Positions 50,587 to 61,654 of a stretch of 64,000 bases of DNA are shown here, one piece after another. The notes under the pieces were generated by a model that did not search any database, had not been told where the DNA came from, and was given only the letters and a program-made list of their open reading frames with translations. Position 1 is the stretch's first letter, and each line of letters starts with the position of its first letter. Position numbers and translations under genes: made by a program. The stretch covers positions 96,001 through 160,000 of the forward strand of contig OY969724.1 of NCBI GenBank assembly GCA_963702205.1. The letters run 5' to 3'. This DNA comes from an uncultured candidate division Zixibacteria bacterium (lineage in GTDB: Bacteria; Zixibacteria; MSB-5A5; GN15; PGXB01).

Positions 50587-52146
50587 ATGAAAAAACGAAG
50601 GTATCTGTACCGATTGATTGCCGTAACGGCATTTGTCGTGTTTGGTTTCACTTCGGCGATTGAAGCCGAGGTTCCTCAACCGGAACAAAACACGAATGGC
50701 GAAAAGAGAGCTGACGTTATCACCATAAACACGTTGAAATCCTTCGGCAACCTTGAAAGAGGAGCAGTGACATTCCTCCATGATGCACATACAGAGGCCC
50801 TTAAAAAATTGAATAAGGGTTGCGATGTATGCCACTTAACCGAAGAAATTTCCGGTAAAAAATTTTTATCCCCCAAATTCAAAAGACTCAAGGATACCAG
50901 CAGGCAGGAAGTAATGGATATTTATCATACTAACTGCATTGCCTGTCACAGGGAAATGTCCGATGCGGGGGAAAAAAGCGGCCCCGTTGAATTATGCGGT
51001 GAATGCCATAAAGAAAATCCCAAAATCATCCCTTCAGTACACCCGATAAATTTTGACAAATCATTACACTATTCCCATATAGAAATAAACAGCGAAGATT
51101 GCAGCGTCTGCCATCACGCAGGTGCAAAAGAAGGATCATGCCGCTATTGCCATAAGGATGGAAACGACCGGAAAATAATCTCCATGAAAGATGCGTCACA
51201 TCTTTCATGCATCGGATGTCACAGGGAAATGTCCGGCCCTGTTAAATGCAGTGCATGTCATGATGTTAATGAACAAAAAAAGATTGCCAAATCCGAGGAT
51301 GTTCCCCGGTTGGACGCGGGCCAGCCTGATGATGTGCTGATTGGTTTTAACTCTTCCGGTAATAATAAAGACCGGAACTATACCGGAATGAACCCTGTTC
51401 CATTTGATCACAAAATACATGAGCAAAGCCAGGATACCTGTCGCATCTGCCATCATGCCAAGCTGGAATCCTGTACGAACTCGTGTCATACTGTTGAAGG
51501 CTCCAAACAGGGGGATATGATCACTGCCGAACAGGCCATGCATAATCTTGACAGCAAAAGAAGCTGCCTGGGCTGCCATGAGTCATATTATAAAAACCGG
51601 AAAGAATGTGCGGGCTGCCACGGGGCAATGGAAAAAGGCGGTAATGTCAATGATACGTGCCTGAAATGCCACATGGAAACCCCCAAAACCGCCAGTGAAG
51701 AAAACCTGAAGCCTGAAGCCATTGCATCCAGGCTTCTTGAATCCGGAAAGACTGCATCGGGCACAATTGATGATAAAGACATACCTGAGACAGTAACCAT
51801 TGACGGATTGTCTTCCCAGTATGGGCCGGTCGAGCTGCCGCACAGGCAGATTATTGATTCTCTCATGCGTGATATTAAAAATAATAATCTGGCCAGTTAC
51901 TTTCATGGCGGGGAGGGGACACTTTGCCTCGGCTGCCACCATAACAGCCCTGCCAGCAAGACACCCCCTGCCTGTGCCACCTGTCACAGCAGATCAGCCG
52001 ATGATGCCGGCTCCCTGAAACCCGGCCTTAAAGTGGCTTATCATCAGTTATGCATGGGGTGTCACGATCGCATGGGTATTGAAAAACCGAAATCAACCAA
52101 TTGTGTGGGCTGCCACAAGGTTATCGGCGAAAACAAACTATATTGA
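50587..52146 (+). CDS. hmcA: High-molecular-weight 16-heme cytochrome c
   Basis: Signal peptide; 15 CxxCH plus one CxxxCH; first gene of the hmc cluster. Confidence 0.92.
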   Translation: MKKRRYLYRLIAVTAFVVFGFTSAIEAEVPQPEQNTNGEKRADVITINTLKSFGNLERGAVTFLHDAHTEALKKLNKGCDVCHLTEEISGKKFLSPKFKRLKDTSRQEVMDIYHTNCIACHREMSDAGEKSGPVELCGECHKENPKIIPSVHPINFDKSLHYSHIEINSEDCSVCHHAGAKEGSCRYCHKDGNDRKIISMKDASHLSCIGCHREMSGPVKCSACHDVNEQKKIAKSEDVPRLDAGQPDDVLIGFNSSGNNKDRNYTGMNPVPFDHKIHEQSQDTCRICHHAKLESCTNSCHTVEGSKQGDMITAEQAMHNLDSKRSCLGCHESYYKNRKECAGCHGAMEKGGNVNDTCLKCHMETPKTASEENLKPEAIASRLLESGKTASGTIDDKDIPETVTIDGLSSQYGPVELPHRQIIDSLMRDIKNNNLASYFHGGEGTLCLGCHHNSPASKTPPACATCHSRSADDAGSLKPGLKVAYHQLCMGCHDRMGIEKPKSTNCVGCHKVIGENKLY

Positions 52147-52164
52147 TTTTTGAGGGATTCTCTT

Positions 52165-53244
52165 ATGTCCATATCACGTAGAAAATTCTTAGGCTGGCTG
52201 GGCGCCGCAGGGTGTTCCACTGCTATCAGTAAATCCGCCCATGCTTCAAACAGACATTTTAAAGGCTATCCCGGCAGTTTTGGTGTTTTGCATGATACCG
52301 TGCTCTGCATAGGATGCCGGAGCTGTGAAGAAGGCTGCAACATTGTCAATAAACTGCCCAAACCTGAAAAGCCGTTTAATGATCTTTCAGTACTGGATAA
52401 AAAAAGAAGGACCACTACAAAGGCTTTTACTATTGTTAACCGATATGACAATGTAAAAAGGGATAATACCCCCATTTTTAGAAAAAATCAGTGCAATCAT
52501 TGTCTTGAACCGGCATGTGCCTCGGCCTGCTTTGTAAGGGCTTTAAAAAAGACAAAGGAAGGGGCTGTTACATATGATGCTTCAGTATGTGTAGGATGCA
52601 GATACTGCATGATAGCATGCCCTTTTGAGATTCCTACCTATGAGTATGGTGAACCCTTTACCCCCAGGATCAGGAAATGCACCATGTGTTATGACAGGAT
52701 AAAAAAGAATAAACGCCCCGGCTGTGTTGAATCCTGTCCGACCGGCGCATTGAAGTTTGGCACGCGTGACGAACTCCTTAAAATTGCACGCGAAAGAATT
52801 TTAAAATACCCTGACCGGTATCAGAACCATATTTACGGCGAAAACGAGATGGGCGGAACAAGCTGGCTTTACCTGGCAGGAGTGCCCTTTAAAGAAGTAG
52901 GGATGAGAGAAGACCTCGGCATAACGCCGGCCCCGGAACTGACGTATGGGGCGCTTGCCGGAGTTCCCATGGTTGTCGCTCTCTGGCCCGTATTGCTTAC
53001 CGGAATTTATGCCATAAACAAACGGAAAGACAAAATCGCGGAAAAAGAAAAGCAAGATGCAGTATCTTCCGCAGTCGGAGAAGCAAATTCAGTTGCTGAT
53101 AAAAAATTAAAAGATGCCCTGGCAAAGGCAAACAAGGAAAAGGAGGCGGCTATACAGAAGGAAGTCAAAAAAGCCCTTGATGAAGCTGCAAAGGCCGCCA
53201 CGGAAAAAGAATCATCGGATGAAAAGCCGGGTAAAATGGAATAG
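52165..53244 (+). CDS. hmcB: Hmc Fe-S subunit (Tat-exported, C-terminal anchor)
   Basis: [43 protein letters not shown]. Confidence 0.9.
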   Translation: MSISRRKFLGWLGAAGCSTAISKSAHASNRHFKGYPGSFGVLHDTVLCIGCRSCEEGCNIVNKLPKPEKPFNDLSVLDKKRRTTTKAFTIVNRYDNVKRDNTPIFRKNQCNHCLEPACASACFVRALKKTKEGAVTYDASVCVGCRYCMIACPFEIPTYEYGEPFTPRIRKCTMCYDRIKKNKRPGCVESCPTGALKFGTRDELLKIARERILKYPDRYQNHIYGENEMGGTSWLYLAGVPFKEVGMREDLGITPAPELTYGALAGVPMVVALWPVLLTGIYAINKRKDKIAEKEKQDAVSSAVGEANSVADKKLKDALAKANKEKEAAIQKEVKKALDEAAKAATEKESSDEKPGKME

Positions 53245-53268
53245 AAACATACTTGAGGAGGACCTCTT

Positions 53269-54441
53269 ATGTCTAAAGACGGTCATTTCACCGTTAAATC
53301 GTTAATAACGCCGTTCAATATTATAGCCGGTCTCATCGTCATTATGGGGCTTGTGTTGACCGGGCTCCGCTTCACCGGAGGGTTGAAAGAAGTAACAAAT
53401 CTGTCGGATTACAACCCCTGGGGAATATGGATAGGTTTTGACCTGCTCTCGGGGGTTGCCCTTGCTGCCGGAGGATTTGTAACCTCAGCGGCAGTCTATA
53501 TCTTCGGGATGAAAAAGTATCATTCTGCGGTCAGGCCTGCTATCCTCACCGGCTTTTTAGGGTATGCACTTGTGGTCGTTGCCCTGAACTACGACGTTGG
53601 CAGACCCTGGAGGCTCCCCTATCCTCTATTCATCCAGCATGGTACCACATCGATTCTCTTTGAGGTCGCAATATGTGTGGCACTTTACCTGACAGTACTG
53701 TTTTTTGAATTTTCTCCTGCCGCCCTTGAATGGCTGGGTTTTAAGAAATTAAGAAACCTGATACACAGGCTGACACTTGTGCTGACAATCCTGGGCGTAA
53801 TACTCTCAACGATGCATCAGTCTTCGCTGGGTGCTTTGTTTCTGATCGCACCTTCAAAGCTCCACCCGCTCTGGTATTCTTCATACCTGCCTATATATTT
53901 CTTTATCACTGCAGTAATAGCCGGGCTTTCGATGGTAATATTCGAAAGCACACTGTCCCATCACTACTTTTCCCACAAGATGGATGAGGCACATAAACGG
54001 GAAAAGGACCAGGTGGCTCTTGGATTCGGAAAGGCGGCATCATGGGTGCTTGCAGGTTATTTTGCCATTAAGGTCATTGGCATAGCCGCCGACAACAACT
54101 GGCATTATCTAACTACTTCCTATGGTGCATGGTATCTGGTGGAACTCCTGGGATTTGTTGCATTACCCTGTTTTCTCTACGCGGTCGGGGTCAGGGAAAA
54201 AAACCTTACATTAATAAAATGGACTGCCGTCTGGACCGTGCTGGGGATTATGCTCAACCGGCTCAATATATGCCTGATCGCCTTCAACTGGCAGCTTCCC
54301 TCAAGCGAAAGATATTTCCCGCGCTGGAGCGAGATTGGGATTTCAGTTTTTCTTGTCACGTGCGGACTCCTTGTTTTTAGATTCATAGTAACCCGGATGC
54401 CTGTTTTTTATAAACATCCGGACTATGAAGAATCACATTAA
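53269..54441 (+). CDS. hmcC: Hmc NrfD/HybB-family membrane subunit
   Basis: PWGIWIGFD, DVGRPWR, STMHQSSLG, LHPLW. Confidence 0.9.
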   Translation: MSKDGHFTVKSLITPFNIIAGLIVIMGLVLTGLRFTGGLKEVTNLSDYNPWGIWIGFDLLSGVALAAGGFVTSAAVYIFGMKKYHSAVRPAILTGFLGYALVVVALNYDVGRPWRLPYPLFIQHGTTSILFEVAICVALYLTVLFFEFSPAALEWLGFKKLRNLIHRLTLVLTILGVILSTMHQSSLGALFLIAPSKLHPLWYSSYLPIYFFITAVIAGLSMVIFESTLSHHYFSHKMDEAHKREKDQVALGFGKAASWVLAGYFAIKVIGIAADNNWHYLTTSYGAWYLVELLGFVALPCFLYAVGVREKNLTLIKWTAVWTVLGIMLNRLNICLIAFNWQLPSSERYFPRWSEIGISVFLVTCGLLVFRFIVTRMPVFYKHPDYEESH

Positions 54442-54461
54442 TATGACTTCAGGGGGAATAG

Positions 54462-54593
54462 ATGGATAACATGTTTTATACGCTTCAAGACTTTCTGACC
54501 CATACAAAGGGAATTATATATATTCTCATTGTTCTGATTCTGCTGGGAATGCTCGGATTCTGGAGATTTCTTACAGCAAGGGATGATGACTAG
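54462..54593 (+). CDS. hmcD: Hmc small membrane subunit (43 aa, absent from the ORF track)
   Basis: MDNMFYTLQDFLTHTKGIIYILIVLILLGMLGFWRFLTARDDD*, RBS aggggg, lies between hmcC and hmcE. Confidence 0.85.
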   Translation: MDNMFYTLQDFLTHTKGIIYILIVLILLGMLGFWRFLTARDDD

Positions 54594-54607
54594 GAAAGGA
54601 GAATAAA

Positions 54608-55285
54608 ATGTATCAGATCATCACGGGCCCTGTCTTATGGCTTTCATTTGCAATCTGTATCATGGGCTGTCTCGTCAGGATAATATTGTATATCAAAGGC
54701 CTTGACTGGCAGGCAGACAGGGTCGCCTACACTACCCATTTATCATACGGCCTCAAAGGGGCGGCAAGGTCCATAATATTATGGCTGTTCCCTTTCGGTA
54801 CAAGGAGCTGGAGAATAAAGCCCATATTCACAATAATATTCTTTCTATTTCATATCTGCCTTATTGTTACGCCTGTCTTTTTGCTGGCCCATAATATTAT
54901 TCTCAAACAGAGGTTCGGGATAAGTCTCCCCACATTACCCGAGCCTGCTTCCATTTTTATGAGTATGGTCGTGATCATAACCGTCCTTTTCCTGATTATC
55001 AGGAGGATCGCACTCCCGGAAGTCAGGATACTAACCAACTTTTATGATTATCTGGTGCTCCTTATAGCGGCTGCGCCTTTTATTACCGGGTTATTCGCGT
55101 TTTACCTGGTGCCCGGATATGATTTCTGGGTTATTGCGCATATTATAACAGGTGAGATAATGCTTGTGGCCATTCCTTTTACCAAACTGTCCCATTTTGT
55201 CCTGTTCTTCATGTCCAGGGCCCAGCTTGGGATGGACTACGGGATAAAGCGAGGCGGAATGAAAGGCAAATCATTCGCATGGTAA
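54608..55285 (+). CDS. hmcE: Hmc NarI-like cytochrome b subunit
   Basis: Paralogous to tmcC (FHICL, LAHNI, AHII, PFTKLSH). Confidence 0.9.
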   Translation: MYQIITGPVLWLSFAICIMGCLVRIILYIKGLDWQADRVAYTTHLSYGLKGAARSIILWLFPFGTRSWRIKPIFTIIFFLFHICLIVTPVFLLAHNIILKQRFGISLPTLPEPASIFMSMVVIITVLFLIIRRIALPEVRILTNFYDYLVLLIAAAPFITGLFAFYLVPGYDFWVIAHIITGEIMLVAIPFTKLSHFVLFFMSRAQLGMDYGIKRGGMKGKSFAW

Positions 55286-55315
55286 GTTAACTATTAATAT
55301 CTTAAGGTAAATATT

Positions 55316-56701
55316 ATGCCAGAAGGAATTCTTTGTAATAAAAAAACAATTGATACCAAGGAACAGCTTGATGCCCTTTTAGCGGACAAGAACGGACAGC
55401 AGTACTATGAGGAGATGAACCATCTTGATGTGGATACTGATGCATTATGGAAAACCATACGGAAATCCCTGAAATCCAGGATGAAGACCTGGCTTGAAAT
55501 ATGCGCCCATTGCGGACTCTGTGCAGATAGTTGTTTTTACTATATCGCAAACAATAGAGATCCGAAACAGGTGCCTTCCTACAAAATTCAGTCCACCCTC
55601 GGAGAGATGGTCAAACGAAAGGGGAAAGTGGATAATGCCTTCATGCAAATGTGCATGGAGACTGCATTTGCCAAATGTACATGCTGTACGCGCTGCGGGG
55701 TCTATTGCCCGCATGGAATAGATATGGGGATCATGTTCGGCTACCTCAGGGGGCTTCTCTTTTCTCAGGGGTTTACACCCTGGGAGCTTAAGATAGGGAC
55801 CGGTATGCACAGGATCTACAGAGCACAGATGGACATCACGACCGAAGACTGGGTGGAGACATGCGCATGGATGGAAGAGGAATATGAGGATGACTGGCCG
55901 ACCTTAAAAATTCCCATTGATAAGGAAAATGCTGATATAATGTATACGGTAAATGCAAGGGAGCCCAAACATTATCCTGATGACCTTGCGGAGGCAGCCA
56001 TTCTCTTCCAGATGGCAGGTGAAAACTGGACAGTACCAAGCGAGGGCTGGGAGGAGACAAGCCTTGCAATGTTCGCCGGTGACTGGGCCGCATGCAAGAT
56101 GCAGGTGGAAAGCGTCTATGGCGCAATGAACAGACTAAAACCCAAACGAATGGTTGTCACTGAATGCGGGCATGCCTACAGGGCTACAGTGATTGAAGGT
56201 CCTTACTGGGCAGGTATCAAATCAGGACAGCCGCCCGTTGAAAGTATACATTATGTGGAATGGGTTGCCGAGGCATTGAGGACCGGAAAGCTGAAGATCG
56301 ATCCGGCAAAAAAGATCAAGGAGCCTGTTACCTATCAGGATTCGTGCAACTACATTCGAAACGCCGGTCTGGCAAATATTCCCCGGGAGATAATGAGTTA
56401 CATTGCAGAAGATTTCCGGGAGATGAAGCCATGCAGGGAACATAACTTCTGCTGCGGAGGAGGCGGGGGCTTAAATGGTATAGGCCTTTATCGCAAACAG
56501 CGGAATGTCGGCCTGAAGGTCAAGCGCGACCAGATTCTTGCGACCGGCGCGAAACTGGTAATTGCGCCATGCCATAACTGCTGGGATGCGATCAGGGACC
56601 TGGAGGAAGTATACAAGATAGGGATACGATGGTCTTTTCTTAAACCCCTGCTGCTCAGTATGGTGGAAGTTCCTGAGCATATGAAACCAAAGGATGAATA
56701 A
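55316..56701 (+). CDS. hmcF: Hmc HdrD-like Fe-S subunit
   Basis: [47 protein letters not shown]. Confidence 0.9.
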   Translation: MPEGILCNKKTIDTKEQLDALLADKNGQQYYEEMNHLDVDTDALWKTIRKSLKSRMKTWLEICAHCGLCADSCFYYIANNRDPKQVPSYKIQSTLGEMVKRKGKVDNAFMQMCMETAFAKCTCCTRCGVYCPHGIDMGIMFGYLRGLLFSQGFTPWELKIGTGMHRIYRAQMDITTEDWVETCAWMEEEYEDDWPTLKIPIDKENADIMYTVNAREPKHYPDDLAEAAILFQMAGENWTVPSEGWEETSLAMFAGDWAACKMQVESVYGAMNRLKPKRMVVTECGHAYRATVIEGPYWAGIKSGQPPVESIHYVEWVAEALRTGKLKIDPAKKIKEPVTYQDSCNYIRNAGLANIPREIMSYIAEDFREMKPCREHNFCCGGGGGLNGIGLYRKQRNVGLKVKRDQILATGAKLVIAPCHNCWDAIRDLEEVYKIGIRWSFLKPLLLSMVEVPEHMKPKDE

Positions 56702-56745
56702 CGATTGCTTTAAAAAAATATTCATTTAAACATTACAGGTGATCT

Positions 56746-57672
56746 ATGTTTAATAAAATTATGTTTGCAACAACGGCTTCGCCATCTTGTGATCATGCCG
56801 CAAGGGTAGCTTTTAACATGGCGGGGGATTACGATTCGGATCTGATAGTTTTTCATGTCCTTGGATATCCTTCCCGGGGATTCAGTCAGTCAGTGATTGA
56901 TTCACGCACGGGCGAAAGGGTGGCCTATGATGAAGACTATGTCCAGTGGGTAAAAGAGGAGATGAAAAACACCTATGGCAAACTCATGGAAACGGGTGAA
57001 AGGATCACCCTCGAGACCACATCGGGGATTCCTCATACAGAGATCCTGAGATATGCCAGGAAGAACAATGTGGACCTCATAGTAATGGGCTCCAGCAGTC
57101 AGGAAGAACACGATATGTCGTCTTCCTACAAAAATTTCGCGGGGAGTACGTTAAAGGCAGTTGCCAAGTCCGCCAGGTGCCCTGTTCTTGTCATAGGCAG
57201 GGAAGCCGCCTCCTTCTGGGGAGGAGGATTTTCAAATATTGTTTTCGGGACCGATTTTTCAAAATCGGCAGATTCCGCCTTTGCCTTTGCACTTAAACTG
57301 GCCAGGGAACTTAAGTGCAAACTGCATATTTTTCATGCCCTGGATATCAGTTCAATTTATTCCGGAAAAGTCGTTGAGCAAAATGAAATCGATGAAAGCT
57401 TAAGGGAAATAAGAAACAGGATAAGAAAGAAATATGAGCCCAGTCTGAAAGATCTTGATGATTATGAAATAGGTGTGTGGGAAGGTATTCCCTATGTAGA
57501 GATTGTCAAGTATGCAAGGGAAAATTATGCGGATCTTATAATTATGGCGCACCATACACATGAACCTGATCCGGAAAAAACAAAGCTGGGGAGCACGCTG
57601 GAACAGGTTGTGCTTCGTGCAGCATGCCCGGTGGCAAGTGTTAACCGGCCTGACAAAATAAAGGATATGTAA
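56746..57672 (+). CDS. Tandem universal stress protein
   Basis: Two USP domains (DLIVMG..GST, GTDFS..DLIIMA..LGST). Confidence 0.9.
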   Translation: MFNKIMFATTASPSCDHAARVAFNMAGDYDSDLIVFHVLGYPSRGFSQSVIDSRTGERVAYDEDYVQWVKEEMKNTYGKLMETGERITLETTSGIPHTEILRYARKNNVDLIVMGSSSQEEHDMSSSYKNFAGSTLKAVAKSARCPVLVIGREAASFWGGGFSNIVFGTDFSKSADSAFAFALKLARELKCKLHIFHALDISSIYSGKVVEQNEIDESLREIRNRIRKKYEPSLKDLDDYEIGVWEGIPYVEIVKYARENYADLIIMAHHTHEPDPEKTKLGSTLEQVVLRAACPVASVNRPDKIKDM

Positions 57673-57725
57673 CTGTTTATGATTAAAAGACCTTCTTACA
57701 ATTACAATGAAAGGAGACTTAAACT

Positions 57726-58079
57726 ATGGCAAAAAAGATAATGATAATTGATGATGATCCAAACGTGGTCACCTATCTTACCGATCTTTTTAGCGATAAC
57801 GGCTATGATACATGTTCTGCCTCAGGCGGTCCCAAAGCAATGGAGGTCTTAGGAAAAGAAACACCCGATCTGATTACCCTCGATCTGGAGATGCCGGAGG
57901 AGTGGGGCCCGAGATTATATCGAAAGATTATGCAGGAAAAGGAATATAAAAATATCCCGGTTATCGTCATAAGCGGTTTAACAGGCAGCCAGTACGCCAT
58001 ACAGAAGGCTGTTGCAAGTTTACTGAAGCCATTTGATAAAGAAGAACTTTTGAGGATAGTAAAAGATACCATAGGCTGA
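57726..58079 (+). CDS. Single-domain response regulator
   Basis: IMIIDDD, PDLITLDLEMP, VISG, KPF. Confidence 0.92.
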   Translation: MAKKIMIIDDDPNVVTYLTDLFSDNGYDTCSASGGPKAMEVLGKETPDLITLDLEMPEEWGPRLYRKIMQEKEYKNIPVIVISGLTGSQYAIQKAVASLLKPFDKEELLRIVKDTIG

Positions 58080-58194
58080 CAGCTCCATAAACTTAAAATC
58101 ACATGCCTTTTTCGTCTGTCACGGGCTTAATGCGTATGATCGTTAACCGGAACATGTTAACCTTCAATTAACAATTTTTTATATTGAAATTAAA

Positions 58195-59706
58195 ATGGAC
58201 AATTCAATATTACTGGTTGACGAAGAAGAAGAATTACTCGGGGCGCTGGAGATCTATCTTGACAGAACCGGGTATGAAGTAATCAAGGCTGAAAACGGCA
58301 CTAATGCCCTGGAGGCTATCCATGATTTTTCTCCTTCTGTAGCCATATCAAAGTCCATATTAAGTGATATGTCAGGCGCCGAATTACTGCAAAAAGCCAA
58401 ACCATTGTACCCCGATACAGAATTTATCATGATAAGTGATGAGTTAGATACATCATCCAGGGCAAAATGTCTTGCCCTGGATGCATCCGATTTTCTGTAT
58501 AAGCCAATAAGCAGTGATGTGCTTGAAATAGCGATTCAAAGGGCCATTGACCGACAGCAGGAACGCAGGAAAATTCGCGAGTATGAAAAAAAGCTGGAAG
58601 CCTCTCATAAGATAAAATTGCACTATCAACAGTTTTTTGACGAAATGCCCTGTTATATTTCCGTTCAGGATAAAAACTTTAGGATAACAAGTACAAACAA
58701 ATGGTTTAAAAAAGACTTCGGGGATCAGTTGGGATCGCACTGTTATAAGGTCTACAAGCATAGGGAGGAACCATGCAGACCATGCCCTGTAATTGCAACC
58801 TTCAATGACGGGCAATATCACCAGACCGAAGAGGTCGTTACCTCAAGGCGCGGGGAACAGTATAATATTTTTACATGGACAGCTCCGATACATAATGAAA
58901 TCGGGGAAATAAAACAGGTTATGGAGATGTCCACCAATATAACCAAAATACGTCAACTGCAGGACCACCTTACCTCGCTCGGGTTATTGATAGGCTCAAT
59001 GTCCCATGGGATAAGAGGATTGTTGACGGGTCTGGATGGCGGAATATATCGTCTTGAATCCGGCCTTAAGAAAGACGATAAAGGCAAGATGGATGATGCA
59101 CTTGAAGTTGTTAAGGATCTTACAGGCCGAATAAAAAGTATGGTGATCAATATTCTTTATTACACAAAAGAAAGAGATCTCAACATAGTACGTTTAAGTG
59201 CAGATCGTTTTCTTAAGGATGTGATTAGAATTGTATCACCAAAGGCCGTAAACCATAATATTGACCTTATTTATGAATCTGACAGCTCTTCAGGTGATTT
59301 TGAGATAGATACTGAAGCCGTGTCATCCTCCCTTGTCAATATAATTGAAAACTCTATTGATGCCTGCCTTGACGACAGATCCGATAAAGAATCATATATT
59401 GTAAAAATAACTTTAACGAGAGAAAAGAACTTTATAACTATCAATGTCTGTGATAATGGTATCGGGATGGATCAGGAAACACGTGAAAACCTGTTTACCC
59501 TTTTCTTTTCATCCAAAGGAAACAGAGGTACAGGCCTTGGTCTTTTTGTTGCCAATCAGAATATTAAAAAACATGGAGGAAGAATAGAAGTAGAATCGAC
59601 CCCTGGCAAGGGCTCTAATTTCAAAATAACCATTCCAAGGACTATTCCTGAAGAATCACAGAAAGCTCGTACCTGCCCGGTAGAAGTTCATGAATTTATT
59701 CAATAA
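58195..59706 (+). CDS. Receiver-like + PAS histidine kinase
   Basis: N-terminal atypical receiver, PAS with CYKVY..PCRPCP, GSMSHG, NIIENS, DNGIG, GTGLGL. Confidence 0.88.
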   Translation: MDNSILLVDEEEELLGALEIYLDRTGYEVIKAENGTNALEAIHDFSPSVAISKSILSDMSGAELLQKAKPLYPDTEFIMISDELDTSSRAKCLALDASDFLYKPISSDVLEIAIQRAIDRQQERRKIREYEKKLEASHKIKLHYQQFFDEMPCYISVQDKNFRITSTNKWFKKDFGDQLGSHCYKVYKHREEPCRPCPVIATFNDGQYHQTEEVVTSRRGEQYNIFTWTAPIHNEIGEIKQVMEMSTNITKIRQLQDHLTSLGLLIGSMSHGIRGLLTGLDGGIYRLESGLKKDDKGKMDDALEVVKDLTGRIKSMVINILYYTKERDLNIVRLSADRFLKDVIRIVSPKAVNHNIDLIYESDSSSGDFEIDTEAVSSSLVNIIENSIDACLDDRSDKESYIVKITLTREKNFITINVCDNGIGMDQETRENLFTLFFSSKGNRGTGLGLFVANQNIKKHGGRIEVESTPGKGSNFKITIPRTIPEESQKARTCPVEVHEFIQ

Positions 59707-59713
59707 AAAACAA

Positions 59714-60151
59714 ATGCGCATAACAACTAAAAGCCGTTACGGTACAAGATTAATTATTGATCTGGCGCTCAATTCGCAAAATGGACCTGTCAAACTGGGC
59801 GATATTTCCGCAAGACAGGGCATTTCGCTTAAATATCTCGAAAAACTTATCAAAAAACTAAAGGAGACCGGGTTTGTCAAAAGTGTACGCGGGCCCAACG
59901 GCGGGTACATGCTGGCAAAACCTGTTAAGAGTATTTCGGTTGGGGATATAGTTAAGACACTTGAAGGTTCAGTTTCCATAACCGACTGTTCGGATAAGGA
60001 AAATGCCTGCGGAGTCTGCAACCGGGCCGGAGAGTGCATCACACAATGGATCTGGATGGAAACCAGCGAGGCCATGTTCAAAAAACTGAATTCTTTCAAA
60101 CTGGACAGGCTGGTCAAGGATTCAAAAAATTTTAACAAGATCAATCCATAA
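59714..60151 (+). CDS. rrf2: Rrf2-family transcriptional regulator
   Basis: MRITTKSRYG, ISLKYLE, SVRGPNGGY, three Cys for an Fe-S cluster. Confidence 0.9.
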   Translation: MRITTKSRYGTRLIIDLALNSQNGPVKLGDISARQGISLKYLEKLIKKLKETGFVKSVRGPNGGYMLAKPVKSISVGDIVKTLEGSVSITDCSDKENACGVCNRAGECITQWIWMETSEAMFKKLNSFKLDRLVKDSKNFNKINP

Positions 60152-60562
60152 CCCCGCCCGTTTTATTGAGTAACTTTCTGACAAAGGCATTTAATCATTG
60201 TAAGCCGTCCTGGATAGTTTAAAGAGCTATCCGCCGGAGTAGGCCTGAAGACAGGTTATCCTGCTTCCTGTCTTATGGGGATCGAACTTCGGTAGTGTTT
60301 CAAGGCAGCAAGGCATTCTTTTAAGAAAACGAGCAAGTTTTTCCGCCGGTCACATTGATTTGGTAAAGCACTATTTTGTTCAGAAATACGGTTTTTGATG
60401 ATTGATAATATCTCATAAGGTTCCCATTCAAGGGACCCGCCTGACCAGATACAAATTCCCTCGACTGATTTTCTGAATTTTTTTGAGTAAATAAAATAAT
60501 ACTTGCGCATTTTCCTGAAATAGACTATTTTCTTGGTTAAGAAAATATAGGTAAACAGGAAA

Positions 60563-61654
60563 ATGATAACTGAAAAAGAAATGATAGAACAGCTGCAAAG
60601 AGGTAATGTATCTTTGCCTCCTTTATCTTTTCGTTTTTTGCAGATGGGAACAGGGAGTAAAAAAGATGAGCAGCTGGATGTATTAATCGAGGCATCCTGG
60701 GATAAAAATAAAGTAAAGTTTGCTGTAGAATGCAAAGCTTTGTCAACTCCAAAGGCTTTCAGGACAGGGCTGAATATGCTCAAAACGTCTCCAATACCAA
60801 AGGGGTATAATCCCCTTTTGTTAATGCCTTTTCTCAGTGAAAAGCGGTTACTGGAGCTTGAGCAGGCAGGGATCAGCGGAATAGATCTGTGCGGGAATGG
60901 AGTAGTAATTGTTCCCAACGTATTTGCTGTATATCGCAGTGGTGAAAAGAATCGTTTTACTTCTTCTGCCCCTATAAAAAATATTTACCGGAAAAACAGT
61001 TCAATGGTTGGGCGTGTTTTCCTTTTTTGTTCGAGTTATAAAACTGTCCAGGATATCTGGAATGAAATTAACAGAAAAAACCTGCTTGTAAACAGCTATG
61101 ATAAAAAAGCCATGAGCTTTTCCACAGTATCAAAGGCACTCAAAGCTCTGGAGGAAGACCTTATTATATCACGTGAGAATAATATCAACCTCCTGCAGGC
61201 AGACAGGCTCCTGGAAAAATTATCTGAGAATTATGATACTGGAAATACTAAGAAGCAGATCCGTCTCAAAGTTCCGGAGAAAAATGGGGCGCTCCAGGAT
61301 TATTTAGTAGAAAAAGCAAAGGGATCAGGAATACCAGTAGTGGCAAACGGGAAATCATCGGTTGGTCGATATACCGTGATGCAACGCGGAGATATCCTCT
61401 CTGTTTATTGTCCCCGGGTAGAAAAATTACTGGAAAGGATATCAGGTGACCAGTATGATCGGTTCCCGAACCTTGAAATCCTGGAAACAGAAGATGAAAC
61501 TGTTTATTTTGATGCACAGAAGGATGGAGAATTCTTGTGGGCTTCACCTGTACAGGTATATCTTGAACTTATGTCAGGCGACAAGCGTGATCGTGAGATG
61601 GCTGAACAGGTTAAATCATTTATCATAAATAATATTGATACAGGCAATGCATGA
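60563..61654 (+). CDS. AbiEi-like type IV TA antitoxin with N-terminal PD-(D/E)xK-like segment
   Basis: DVLIE..FAVECK, central wHTH (SFSTVSKALKALEED), C-terminal ASPVQVYLELMSGDKRDREMAE. Confidence 0.6.
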   Translation: MITEKEMIEQLQRGNVSLPPLSFRFLQMGTGSKKDEQLDVLIEASWDKNKVKFAVECKALSTPKAFRTGLNMLKTSPIPKGYNPLLLMPFLSEKRLLELEQAGISGIDLCGNGVVIVPNVFAVYRSGEKNRFTSSAPIKNIYRKNSSMVGRVFLFCSSYKTVQDIWNEINRKNLLVNSYDKKAMSFSTVSKALKALEEDLIISRENNINLLQADRLLEKLSENYDTGNTKKQIRLKVPEKNGALQDYLVEKAKGSGIPVVANGKSSVGRYTVMQRGDILSVYCPRVEKLLERISGDQYDRFPNLEILETEDETVYFDAQKDGEFLWASPVQVYLELMSGDKRDREMAEQVKSFIINNIDTGNA

